From the human T2T-CHM13v2.0 reference genome, Homo sapiens: 64,000 nucleotides of DNA. The notes under the pieces were generated by a model. That model saw nothing but the letters and a program-made list of their open reading frames with translations. It ran no database searches and was not told the DNA's origin. Shown one piece after another: positions 1 to 12,804 of the stretch; the stretch's first letter is position 1; every line of letters starts with the position of its first letter. A program made the position numbers and the translations under genes. The DNA lies in the NCBI RefSeq assembly GCF_009914755.1, contig NC_060935.1; one strand, given 5' to 3'.

Positions 1-2064
1 CACTGAGGCAGCCAAAAAGGACTATAGGAGAAAATTTCTAGTTATCTTGAAGTTGGATGGTATTCTTAACTAATAGTGACAGATGTAGCAATATGACTTC
101 TAGTGCTTGCTGCTAATGGCAGAGCTTCAAGCCATCAGGAAATGAGAAAGGTCAGAAGACAAGTGCACATATGTGAGAAACGAGTTCAGACGATAAAGGG
201 TGAGATGTGGTTTTTGGAAAAGCTCATTTTGGGAACCTTTCCAGTCTGTCTTGGTGGTTTCAAGGTGATTCTTGGCACATAAGCGTATCCCTAACATTTT
301 GACATACTCTAGAGAATCAAGGTCCTGAAAAGAATATAACACTGCTTAAATATCAAGGAGCCACGATGCACTGATAACTTGTTTCGTACATTTAATCTTC
401 TTTATGATTTTAGCGTTGCTACTGCTTTGATCTTAAAAATAGGAAAAATGTTTAGCAAAACATAATAAATTTTCTAAAATTTAAAGGATATTTAAGAGCC
501 CTTCTACAATAATTAACTTACTGTAAAAAAAAAGAAAACTTCTATAAATAGTTCAATTGCTAATGCTTTATAGCAGATGAGTTTTTTACAAAAGAGTTTG
601 TATTTTTAATTTTATAACAACTGGGTTGTCTCCACATGCACTTTTCTGTCACCTCCATATTTCAGACAAATCTGGGCAGATTCTGGGTGGTGTGGTCCTA
701 GACTGAAAACTCTGTTTCAAAATCCAAGTATAAAACTTTGTCTTTAATGACATTTCAAACGTTTCATATACACAATGAAAAGATTTTTAAACAGCATAAA
801 AACCCATAAATGTAAGAGAAATATCTTCTTACATGTACATTATAAGTATTCTTATTGAGAGAAATAAGTGTTCTATTGATAACTTTAAGTAAATAAAGCC
901 AAAAGGACAGAAGAAAGTCTATAATTAAGCACAATTCAATCATTGTGGCCATTTAATTCTGTTGTTTTCATGTATAATCTGAAGTCCAGAGAAGTTAAGG
1001 AAAGCATGTGATTTTATGCAGCTAATTAATGATTAGAATTCAGTATGCCAACTCCCAATCCTGGGGTTCTTTCTAGAACAACATCCCTGGACATGCTCAG
1101 AAAGCAAAAATGTCAGAATATTTTTCTTTCAGCACTAATGCTATGATTCATGTCAAAACAAAAACTTCAGCTGAAGAAATAAAGATAAATTGATTTAATG
1201 TGATGGCATCACATCATAGTAATTTCAAAAACTTTTGAGAATTATTTTTTTTTTTTGTAATTAACTCTCCAATCGGCAATGGCAGAGAGGAGCATCACCC
1301 AAAACATCTACAGGGAAGTCTGCATATTTTTTTCATTTCATTGCTAATGAGCCATTTTCACCTGGCTCCTGCTCCCACTACTCCCCCATGAAGAACCAGC
1401 TGTCAGTTTCCACAGCTGAGCAGGTTTGGTACCAGACAGGTGGCAGCAGGGTGGGGAAGAAATTGTGTCAGTGGGATGTAGTTAATCTGGAATTATGGTG
1501 ATCCACCTGGTATCATTAAACATTGACTCCATATCATGAATGGTTCACTACAAGACAATCAACACTTAAATTAAAAGTTAAAGTTTTAAATATCCTTGAA
1601 AAGACAAATATGAAGGTTTGGTATTAATTGAAAATCTGCAGTCTTATACACATTAGATCAACTAAGTCCATTTAGAGATGACAGAATTTTATATTCTGTT
1701 TATAGAAAAGGTGAATTGGACTGTGCTATTCCAGATTCTAACATTCACTCACTCTGTAAGCTTTTTATGCTATAGGCTCTGTGGGGGAAAAAGCAAAACA
1801 AAACAAAAAACTATCTTGACATCAGTAGCACTGGGTTGAAGCTTAAATGGGTTAATATATTCGGAAGGATTTTGTAAACTGATACTTAATATGTGTGTAA
1901 GTATGGAGTCTACTGTTATCATTGGTATTTACTTCATGATTATTTTTAACTCTCACAATAACCTAGAAAACGTCCTTAATGTGTCAAATGATATGGCCAA
2001 CCACATGACTCAACTGATCTCCCTGGTCACAATGATAGTCGCCCATTGGTGTTTGATTCAGTTC

Positions 2065-2330
2065 GTATTTTTCTTCAGGTGGAAGTCACCTCCCCATAAA
2101 AGCCTTCTCTGAATGCTCAGTAATGGGCTGGATGCCCTTCCTGTGATTCTATAGCACCCGAGCTGACCCCTATTAGAGAACTTATCACACAGCATTGGAA
2201 TTGGCTATTCACCAGTTTCATTCTCCCACTGGACCATAATGTTTATGCTCAGAGACCTTATGTTGTTCACTTTTTGAATTTCCAGTAACTGGTGTTGTGT
2301 ATATCACATAATGGAGACTCAATAAAAATT
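2065..2330 (+). mobile_element. L2 LINE 3' fragment
   Basis: Degenerate L2 3' motifs (aagccttctctga, ctcccactggaccataa, actcaataaa); boundaries approximate. Confidence 0.6.
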
Positions 2331-2439
2331 ATATACATTATTGACGTCAATTAGTTTCATGTATACAAAGTACAAAGCACAGTATGTAAATTTTTTAAAT
2401 TTATATAAATTTAAAAACCATATCTAGACATTTATTTGA

Positions 2440-3460
2440 TTTGCAATTTGAACCACCATTCTGGCTTCATCATGAAGAAAACTTTGAAGTAGGCCGACAG
2501 TGAAATGCAGGGAGACCAATTCAATGGTGAATGCAGAAAAGATGCTCATTCAAACAAGAGTGGGAGTGGAAATGGAGAAGAAACAGACCTGAGATATATA
2601 CAGAGGTCAAATAAACATGATTTGATAAATAAATTCATGGGTGAGGAAGAATGAGATGTCAGAAATGGCTTTAGCATGCCTGTAATCCCAGCATTATGGG
2701 AGGCAGAGGCTGGTGGATCACTTGACATCAGGAGTTCGAGACCAGCCTGGCCAACATAGTGAAACACCGTCTCTACTGAAAATACAAAAATTAGCCAGCC
2801 ATGGTGGCAGGCACCTGTAGTCCCAGCTACCCATGGTGGGGCTGAGGTGGGAGAATCGCTTGAACCCAGAGGCAGAGTTTGCAGTGAGCTGAGATTACAC
2901 CACTGCACTCTAGCCTGGGCAACAGAGCAAGACTCCTTCTCAAATAAACAAATAAATAAATGGCTTTAGGATATATGGTTTATACAGCTAGGAAGATGAT
3001 GAAAGTATTGACTGGGATTGAGAACAGTGGAAGACGAGATGATTATTGTTACCATTGCTGTTGGAAGGGACAATGAAAGGAAGCAGGCATAGTTCCTAGT
3101 GTCAGTTTTACACATGTAATTTTGTTGTGACTTTGAGGAATCCAAGGGAAAAAAGAGACATAAATTTGGAAGTTTTTTGTGTGTAGGTGGCATATTGAAG
3201 CCATGGATTGCCTAGGAAGTGTTTAGGAATTAAAGAAAGCCAGAATCAAACACGGAGGAATTCAACACTTAAGAACCTTCTAAGGCACAGAAAAAGAAAA
3301 GTGAAATATTGAGAATGAAAGGTATATAACAATGGGAAAGGAAAAAGTATGATGTATAAAAAGGAGGGGAGTAAGTACAGATATCTTTTTTTATTCAATA
3401 TAGTTGTACTGTTTAAGAATAAAATAGGGCAAATGTTGAAGGGTGATGTAAGGTTAAGAC
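2440..3460 (-). mobile_element. L2 fragments interrupted by an Alu
   Basis: Purine-rich, L2-like antisense sequence (gcagggagacca, ttgaagccatggattg, ggaattcaacact) on both sides of the Alu. Confidence 0.5.
2675..2957 (+). mobile_element. Alu (AluS-like), slightly 5'-truncated
   Basis: Starts at catgcctgtaatccca, dimeric body, (TAAA)n tail; TSD aaatggctttag at 2663-2674 and 2958-2969. Confidence 0.95.
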
Positions 3461-3462
3461 AG

Positions 3463-4006
3463 TGTGATGGCTAATTTTATGTGTCAACTTGCCTGGGCCA
3501 TGGGCTCCCCAGACATTGGGTCAAACATTATTTTGGGTGTGTCTGTGAGTGTTTCTTGATGAGGTGAAAATTTCAGTCAGTTAACCGTGTAAAGTAGATG
3601 GCTCTCCCTAGTGAGAGTGGGCCCCATCCAATCAGTTCAAGTCCTGAATAGAACAGAAGGGTGACCCACCTGTGAGTAAGAGGGAATGTCTTCTGCCTGC
3701 CAGCTTTTGATCTGAGACATTGCTTGTTTTTTTGTTTTTCTTTTCTTCCTTCAGACTTTGAAACGTCAGCTTTTGCTGTGTTTTGATGCTGCCAGCCTTT
3801 GGACTGGAAGTACGTTTTTGGCTCTCCTAAACCTTCAGCTTGCCAATTGCACATCTTGGGACTTGTCAGCTCCCATAATCACATAAACTAATTCCAATTG
3901 CATACACACACACACACACACACGTGTGCACATACAACACACAGACAGACATACACACACATACATCCTACTGGTTCTGTTTCTCTGGAGAACACTGACT
4001 AATACA
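3463..4006 (+). mobile_element. MLT2-family (ERVL) solo LTR containing a (CA)n tract
   Basis: Begins tgtgatggctaattttatgtgtcaacttg, ends ggttctgtttctctggagaacactgactaataca; flanks gacag/gaaag resemble a 5-bp TSD. Confidence 0.85.
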
Positions 4007-4149
4007 GAAAGGAGATTTCATATTATATACATATATTTATATACATTATATATATATAACATATATATATTCAGATAGAGAGGACTTAAATGTATTCAAT
4101 ACTGTTTTTAACATTTTAATGTATTTAAATACTGTTAAAAATAATCCCA

Positions 4150-4767
4150 TTCATTAGGCTTCTGGGTAATGTGGTATGTAATTAAACCAGTGTATCCTGT
4201 GATCATATGTCCACTGATGTACCTCCTTTGATAATAAGTATGGCCATCAGTTCTATGTAATGTTATCCAAGTTCTGTGTCAGTGGATCAAAGACTTGGTT
4301 ACTTCTTGGAGAGTGCTGCTAGCTGAAGAGATGTGGGCAAGAAAGGGAAACCCACACCTAAGATATGCTTTGATTCTACTCAAAAGCTATTCCTTCCACC
4401 TTGATTGATTGATTGAGTAGAATCAATAATATCATATTGGTGAAGGGTAGTGGGTGATCTCAGTGTAGCGCTCAGTTGCTGGAAGGTTGAGATTTCTACA
4501 GAGGTAGTAGGTAGATCAGCTTTTGTTGAACGAGGATTCATGTTTTGGGCACCATGCATAACCTCCATCTCTGCCAGCGTGGCCACATTGTTAATGTGTC
4601 AGTGTGCTTATACTACAATGTGCTCATACTACAATGGCTGATGAAAGAGACTGGTTTTAGTTTGCCAAGCCATTCTGTGCACTGGTTTGTTTAGTGCCTC
4701 TTGCTTACCAGATTGTAGAGTGTCCATAAACTTGTATGTCTATTCCCCAGATCTCCTTGTCCCCAGT
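4150..4767 (-). mobile_element. ERVL internal fragment (decayed pol/integrase N-terminal region)
   Basis: ORF 4380..4586(-) contains TKADLPTTSVEISTFQQLSATLRSP, resembling the ERVL integrase zinc-finger region (TKADLATATAECPICQQQRPTLSP); frameshifted and degraded. Confidence 0.75.
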
Positions 4768-5025
4768 TGTATTAGTTTTCTAGGGCTTCCATAAAACAGA
4801 ATACCGCAGACTGGTTGGCTTAAATGACAGAAAATTTTCTCATAATTCTGGAGGCTAGAAGTTCAATATGAAGGTTGCGCCAGACTTGGTCTCTTGTGAG
4901 GCCTTTCCCCCAGCTTGCAGTCGGCGGCCTTACTCCTGTCTTCACTTGATCACCACACTGCTTGCACATGTTTCTGGTGTCTACTTGTGTACCCAAATTT
5001 CGTCTTCTTATAAGAGCACCAATGA
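4768..5025 (-). mobile_element. MLT1 (MaLR) LTR fragment, MLT1B/C-like
   Basis: tgtattagttttctagggct...ggcttaaatgacagaaa...ttctggaggctagaagttc matches the reverse of an MLT1 LTR 3' end. Confidence 0.8.
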
Positions 5026-6554
5026 TGTATCACTTAGTGTTGGGCAATACATTTAATAAGGTAATTTGTAGCAAGTTTCAGAAGTAGAAAGAACACAAAA
5101 AATTATCAGGAAAACTTTTTTAAAAATCTCATATCTAAACCAGGATTTTAACATGAATAGAAGCTCTTCAGGTGGACAGGGGTGGCAAGCGGTCATTTGA
5201 AGCATAGGGAACAGTGCTGAATACTGTCTTGAAGTTACTATGTTGTTGATAAAAATTAATTATCAATTTAAGGTTTAATTACAAGGTTTTATTTCATGTT
5301 AAGTTTAAATATTTGTTTTTCTGGTCAATAACACATTAAGAATAGAAAATTACAGGCAGAGTCTATTCAAGACAGCCACTCTAGGATAAGGGACAAATTT
5401 TTGTATCCCAGCCTAATAAAAGAGAGAAATGAGATAAACTCTAAAAAGAAGATACAGATACTGATGATGATTTGAAATAGAGGGAGTTATGATTGTAAAA
5501 AAGAAAATAAGAATATCAGGTGATTACATGGCTTTTACAATTTTAGGCTATTTTTCCATCTGTAAAGTAAAATTCATGTTAGATTAAAAAATCACAGCAA
5601 AACTATACAAGATAAATGTATGTTGACCTATGGCGTGTGAAGCAAGGTTGTGAAATAATAAGACAACTTACCTTCTTTTTCAGTAAGTCGCCTACGATTA
5701 TTTATTTAGATTTGGTCTAGCTTTCAAAGAAATGGAGAGAAAAATATAGGTTGGCAAAGGTCATTCTTTTTCATAAAGTGTAACTTGAGGAATAACAACT
5801 AACATATGTAAAACTTTCAGTTTAGGAATAATTTTCTCATCTATTATTTCTTAAGATTTTTATTATAATTCCTTGAGCAGACATAGGATCTGACATCATT
5901 ACCCCCAGAAATGCTAAATAAGTGTTTAAGATCTAAGCATAAGTATATGGTAGAAACTTAAAGAAGTCTGACTCTGACTGCAAATGAAGTAGTCTCGTCA
6001 TCACAACATACTGTCTTAAAGACAAGCATGAGTTTATTCCAGAGACAAAATGGAAAAGTTTTGCTTCTAAGAAGCAAACTTGAAACTTGAGGAAGGAATT
6101 GGAAAATGACAACCATCACCACAACAATACAGTTCATTATAATTTTTTTCTTTTGCTATGTTAGTTCATAATGAAATGTGAAAATAATTAGTGATACTTC
6201 TTATTTGCTCAATATGTGCTAGACATGTTGGTAAGCTTTTTATGTGTATTATCTCATTTAATGTTCTCAGTATTTCCATATAGTAGGGAAAAATGATGCA
6301 CTGTATAATTGCTAAGAAGTAATGGCAGTAAAAAGAACACAAAATTCTGACTTCCAAAAACATTCATCTTAATGACAATCCAAGATGAAAAAAACATAAC
6401 TTGTCAAATCCTAAAATGAAGATGTGCTGTTTGCTTAAGTAACTATCATTCCGCCTAAGTTTGTAAACCTCAACAAAATTCCTGCCTTTTTTAGTTTTTA
6501 ATTTTGTGCAAGAAGGCATAAAGCAGAAATGTAAAATTGTTACAATATTAAGAA

Positions 6555-6665
6555 AAGAATGAAGGGAGAAGAAAAAAGGAAGAGGGACAAAAGCGAGGAA
6601 AAGAGGGAAGGAGGAAGAAACAGAGGAAGAGACAGAGGGAGGAAGCAAGGAAGACAAAAAGGAAT
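6555..6665. repeat. GA-rich low-complexity tract
   Basis: Nearly pure purine run on the + strand. Confidence 0.8.
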
Positions 6666-7036
6666 CTATAGTTCCTTCTGTTCACAATTTGTATACTACA
6701 ATAATATCTATAATTTAGACTTGATATCAGAAATGCAAGCTGAGATTAAAGGAAATCTTAGGTCGACATATTTAAAATTGCTGATATTTCACTACTTTTG
6801 TTTAACAAAAATGTCAATTTCCTGAAGTTCCAAATAATATAAATAGAAGTCATAAAGGTCAATACCCTTTGGTAGTGACAACTACAAGCAACTGAAATAC
6901 TTTTTATCAATCTGATCATGAAATATGTACCTTAGGTTTCCCTGGACTCTTGGTAGTATTTTAACATGGAATCTTACTTGATGGCCTTCAATCACTCTGA
7001 GGTTATCAATCTCAAGTTCTAAAACTTATATTCCTT

Positions 7037-7194
7037 ACCTTGATTATGTCAATAAACATAAATGCTCTATAAACATTCTGGAAATATTATTAAAGAGAAA
7101 AACAGTAAAATATTTGTCCTCACTAAATTTTTAGTTTGATATGAGGATGGCAAGTTCATGAAGATAGTGTAAAATTGCTGAAAACAATAAGAAA
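7037..7194 (+). repeat. Local duplication, copy 1 (copy 2 at 8348-8505)
   Basis: accttgatt...acataaatgctctataaa...ttttagtttgatatgaggatggcaagt...gctgaaaaca.taagaaa is shared between the copies, roughly 80-85% identical by eye. Confidence 0.9.
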
Positions 7195-7408
7195 TGTGTT
7201 ATTAGATTCTTATTTGAAATATATGTATGGGTAGCTACGCTAGGTTTTCAATGCTAATACATCAATAATCTACCAAAGATTAAATTTAATGGAAATATGA
7301 ATTTCAGTGTATAGAGAATTTCATTAAACAATGAACTTCATTAGAAATAAAGAGAATAGAGGTGGCCCCATTCATGCCTATCCTTAATGGAGCTCCTAAC
7401 ACAACTCA

Positions 7409-7638
7409 CGGTTACTGCAAGCTCCACCTCCCGGGTTCACACCATTCTCCTGCCTCAGCCTCCCAAGTAGCTGGGACTACAGGCGCCCTCCACCACGCCC
7501 AGCTACTTTTTTGTATTTTTAGTAGAGACGGGGTTTCACCGTGTTAGCCAGGATGGTCTCGATCTCCTGACCTCGTGATCCGCCTGCCTCGGCCTCCCAA
7601 AGTGCCTGGATTACAGGTGTGAGCCACTGCACCCAGCT
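7409..7638 (-). mobile_element. AluY lacking its 3' end and poly(A) tail
   Basis: AluY diagnostics (gcaagctcc, ccgtgttagccaggatggtctcgatctcctgacctcgtgatcc); begins abruptly with no poly-T. Confidence 0.93.
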
Positions 7639-8347
7639 GTAAATTCTTAAATAAAATAAATAATAAATTTAACATTGCATATGCTAGGAATAGCATAGAA
7701 TTTTCATATTATTGTCTTATAAATATTAAGAAAAGCTTGGAATGGTGGTATAAGTTAGTGTGTTAAATATTCTAAGCTATTGTAGCCCATGTAAGCTTAG
7801 AGTGACATTATGTTATATTATTAAATATAAATTATAAAGGAAAAATACATCTGAAAAAGCAACTACATAAATATACCTAATTAGAAGCTGTATGTGTTTA
7901 TATGGGTAAAAAGCATAGTGATTGTATGTATAACTAAATAGAACATTGATCTAAAATATTTAATAAGATGCATGGGTTTTGGTCAAGCAAAGTTGAAAAA
8001 AAGGATGATTTTTATCACAATAGTATATATTATTTCTTAACAGGTGTCTTTAAAGGATTGCCATTTAATGCCATTCAAGATCTACTAAGCATCATTTTTG
8101 CATGACTACTGCAAAAGTATTACTTTACAGATACCAGTTCCTTTGTCAAGAGCATACTTTGGACCCTGTTTTCAGAAAGCAGGTATGGTTCATCTTTATT
8201 AAACTGCCTATAAAATTGAAAGACATGTTGAAAAAAAATATAAGATTCATGCATATCCTTAATGGAGCTCCTAATACAACTGCTGAATATGCTAAAGCTT
8301 AATATGTTATTTTCTCAAATTAAGTGATTTGTCTTTGAATTGAAAAC

Positions 8348-8505
8348 ACCTTGATTGTGTCAGTAACATAAATGCTCTATAAATATTCTGCAAATATTAT
8401 TAAAAGTGAAACACAGTAAAATATTTGTTCTTACTAATTTTTTAGTTTGATATGAGGATGGCAAGTAACTGAATGTGGTATAAAATGGCTGAAAACAGTA
8501 AGAAA
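8348..8505 (+). repeat. Local duplication, copy 2 (copy 1 at 7037-7194)
   Basis: Aligns directly to 7037-7194. Confidence 0.9.
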
Positions 8506-11282
8506 AACAGTACTCAGATATAGCCTCCTGTTCCATGATATCTTTCTCAACCGACATATAATGTGCTAGTGGATGGCTTTTGTGCTTTTTGTATGTGCTC
8601 GAATTTTAAGACAATGCTTAAAGTTAAATAAGCAGGAAGTCATGGGTGGAGAGAGGTAGTGTCATCCCCACCAGGGAACGGGGATCTTCTGAAGGCAGAC
8701 GACTTTTATGCAGTTTGCACAACAGCTCCGCATTCTTACATATTTACGTAACCAACAGAAATTACTAAAGAGTGATTCACTTATTTTGAGTGAAACTGGG
8801 CATTGTGTAATAATAATCCTTTAAAATGAATACTCTAAAATACTTTGAAATACATCAATGGACATTTATTATTTACGACTAAGTGGCACCAGTAGACGAT
8901 CTTGAATTAAATCCATTGTGTGCTATTTAACTGCAATACTTCTGATGTACTTTTTAGATAATCAACCAAGAAGGTCAATACACTATGAATATAGAATGAT
9001 TATCTTTATTTTCTGCTTATTTATAAAATGTTGACAATAGTGTACCCAATTTCAAGGCTGTCACTTGTTTATCCTTTAACTTGTTAGGTTAATCCAGGTT
9101 AATTGATTCAAAATAGGAGAGGAGTTTCCTCATCCTACTCTATGCTTTCAGTACCTTCAAGCTTGAAAATTAGCATTAAAGAAGAGAAGTTACTAAATGT
9201 GGATGTGAGAGCAGTTCTTTTGGAAGATGTAGGAGTCTGAAGTTTTACCACGATATTTGATTTTACTTTCTACTAGCCACACTCAAATTCTAGCAGCTCG
9301 TTGCAGAAAATGTTACTTTCCATGTGTCTTTTATTCATTTCATTAAATCATGCCAGTCTGTCATTTTGATTGCAGGCCCTAACTGTACCAGGTATCTCTA
9401 AATTAATCTTGTGAAGAAAAGCAACCACATAAAAGAAAAAAATTTAAAGACAAAGTATAAAGAAGGGAAGGGGAAGTATCTAACAGTGAAACCTCAAATC
9501 ATGGGAAAAAATTGAGTTGCATATAAATTAATCCATTGCTATATTCTAACATTAGACAGATTGTAAGCCAAATTTTGCCATCAAAGTTCTATTTGTTACA
9601 ATAAGAATGATTTAAGAATAGGTTACGTACACAAAATAATAATAATAATCTGTATTCTGTCTATAAACGTAAACATCTTGGAAGCTGTTATTTCCTATAT
9701 ATAAACATTTTGTTCTTAACTCATAATCATGGACGCACCTTAACAAATCAAACTCTATATATTTTTTTACTTCTGAGATATCTGTGACTACTAGAGATAA
9801 ATTAAATCTAAGCACCTTAATTGAATTTAGTAATGTTAGAAACAAGTTGTTTATGATGCTTGTGACATTCAAAGAAAGACAACCGAACCACTGAACACAG
9901 CACAGCAGCTGTATGTAAGAGGGTTTCAGATCTAATGCTCACTTCCAGATGGATGATGGATAAGCAATTTGAATTTATGCTAGACACATCAGCAGATGGA
10001 AATAGAATAGAGTAAATGTCTTGGACACCTGTGAACTGGTGCATTCTATCAATTACCAACCAAATTGTATTAAATTCATGTAATTCAACAGAAGTCTAAT
10101 TAATTTTTTAGAAGAGGCTCTTTGTCAATCTATTAATAAATTCAGGTTTCAAGTTGAGGATGTAGAGTGTATTTAACTGTACAGAGAACCTGTGGAATCA
10201 GGTTTGGCAGAGCAAAGTGCACTCTTATTATGCCATTTTTGTTGTTGCTCCTTCCAACTAATTGAAAAGCATATTGGTAGAATAGGAAGCAATTGAAGCA
10301 AATGAGACAAACTGAGCACTCCAAAAAGACATAAGTGAATTAGAATTGATGATTCTGACAAGAGTGGATTCACAGTGTCATTTTAAATAAAACGCCATTT
10401 CATTCATATACTTGCACCTAATCTGTCACTGTAACAACTGAAAACATTCAGCGGCAAAACTGACAGTTTCATCTTGACACAACCAACTCAGTTCCTGCCA
10501 TAATAAGAGGCAATATATATTAAAAGCGGTCCTGAGTTCAGCCTTTGAGAATGAAATGTTTCACTCAATAACTTATACAACTCATCCAGGAGACACTGGC
10601 TCAGCTCCAAGTGGAAGAGCTTTATTTCATTAGAGAAGAGTCTGAATGGCTCTAGGTTTATAGATTTTTAGCATTGCCAGGATTCTCATCAATTCATGAA
10701 GGGAAACCTCTAAGTATCAATGTATGCATCTCTTAGAGAGTATTACAGTTGATAAGAATAGAGTAGAATGTGCTCTGAATTTCAAAAATAGGAAATCTAA
10801 TGTTCATCTTTAAAGCTCTTGACAATTACACAGAAATTTGAAGAGAAAAAATTTCTCATATCGTTTGCAACATAAGTATTGTGTAAATTAACAGTGCTAC
10901 TACTTGCTAAAATGTTTACAGTGTGGCCAGAATTGACAAAATAATGAAGGAAGGTGGACGGAGACAGTTTTGAATGAATACTCGAAAGAATTTCTTAGCA
11001 ATTAGAGTGTCCACAGCAATCTTTCAAGGGTCATGTGTCCAGATGAATGAAAAGCGTAATTTCTTATCATCAGGAAGGGAGATGGAACAGTTCCACACAA
11101 AATTGTTATTCAACAACAAAATCCTGATTAATTTTGAGGTGGTTCTTATAGACATCTGTGTTTTACTACTTGCAAAAATTGGTTATTTATTTTAACTACA
11201 CATATAGTTTTTTGTGTTTTAGAAAATATTGTTTTGCAGTATTTTATAGGAAAATTTGTTATATGAAGTATAAAAATGCCTA

Positions 11283-11642
<360 letters not shown>

Positions 11643-12610
11643 TTAAGTAAATATATGTATAAGTTGGTGTGAAACATTGTAATCTGAGGTTGCATGAATT
11701 TCTTGGACAGCATTTATCTCTATCTGCCAGTTATGGTGGTGGGACGGGGTGGTTCAAGTTGGATATCGATGGATTATTTTCATTATCAGCCTATCCATAG
11801 GAAATATGTTGGTGCATTAATATTTTCCAAGTTGAAGTTCCTAAGGAGATGTAAGAAAACTGAATTTGCCCAAAGCAAGAGGAAGAAAAATAAGGAATAT
11901 ATTTTAGTGTGATAATGTAACAGATCATATAGGCTTTCTAGTACATAAATTTTTGCTAGTGTGACACAAGGCATCCACAGGTTGAAAACATGCAAACACT
12001 TTCATTAATATGAATGTATGCAAAATATCTCCTATATGATACTTGCTCAGCAAATGTTAACATTTATTTAATATTTCTGTTGTAGAAATAACTCATGGAA
12101 ACAGAGGAAATATTTATTTTCTGGAGTAAGTTTTGAGTATAAGAAAATTTCCATCCACCTCTGCTCACAAAGAAGAAATGGAACTCTTAGTCTGAAGGCT
12201 CAGTCACCTGAACACCTCAAGGCTGTCCTACAACATAAGAAGGGCTCTATCTCTTCATTAGATGGGTCTGAAATTCAGTTCATCTCTCTGCGCTAAGCTT
12301 AGTATACAGAGTGAATCCCAGACAGACAAATTCTTAACTAGATACAGACTTCTGCTTAGAAACTGTCACATATGCTGAGTGTATTGAGGCAATTCTAACA
12401 AATGGAAAGATTATAGGCTTTGAAATAAGTTAAAACTAGGATTGACTCTGTGCTGTAATATTTGCTGACTGAAGATACTTGGCTGTATCTCAATTTTTAT
12501 AAACCTCAACTTTCATTTGACTAAAAAAGTGAATACTATCTCATTTTTGTAAGGGTGCAAAAAGTTCACACAAAATCGATCTTATCTATATCTGTACATA
12601 TACAAGCAGT

Positions 12611-12611
<1 letters not shown>

Positions 12612-12652
<41 letters not shown>
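12612..12652. repeat. (AC)20 microsatellite
   Basis: Perfect dinucleotide run. Confidence 0.97.
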
Positions 12653-12656
<4 letters not shown>

Positions 12657-12804
12657 CTTATATTTAAAGCTTGGCATCTGAAAAGTGTTTAGCAGATGGT
12701 TATTATTGTCATAGAATAAGTAGCATACATTTTTAACCACCGAGTGGACTGAAACTTACTGAAAGTCTCGTAAGACTTAAAAAAAAAAGGAAAAGAAGTA
12801 CATC

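Noticed and set aside
2546-2908. 120-aa ORF and similar ORFs at 11280, 19339, 22300, 38393, 40764, 57645 and 63293
   Set aside because: They translate Alu sequence (e.g. [16 protein letters not shown]) and are not genes
4380-4586. ERVL integrase-like peptide as a functional gene
   Set aside because: Short and frameshifted, zinc-binding cysteines lost; a fossil only
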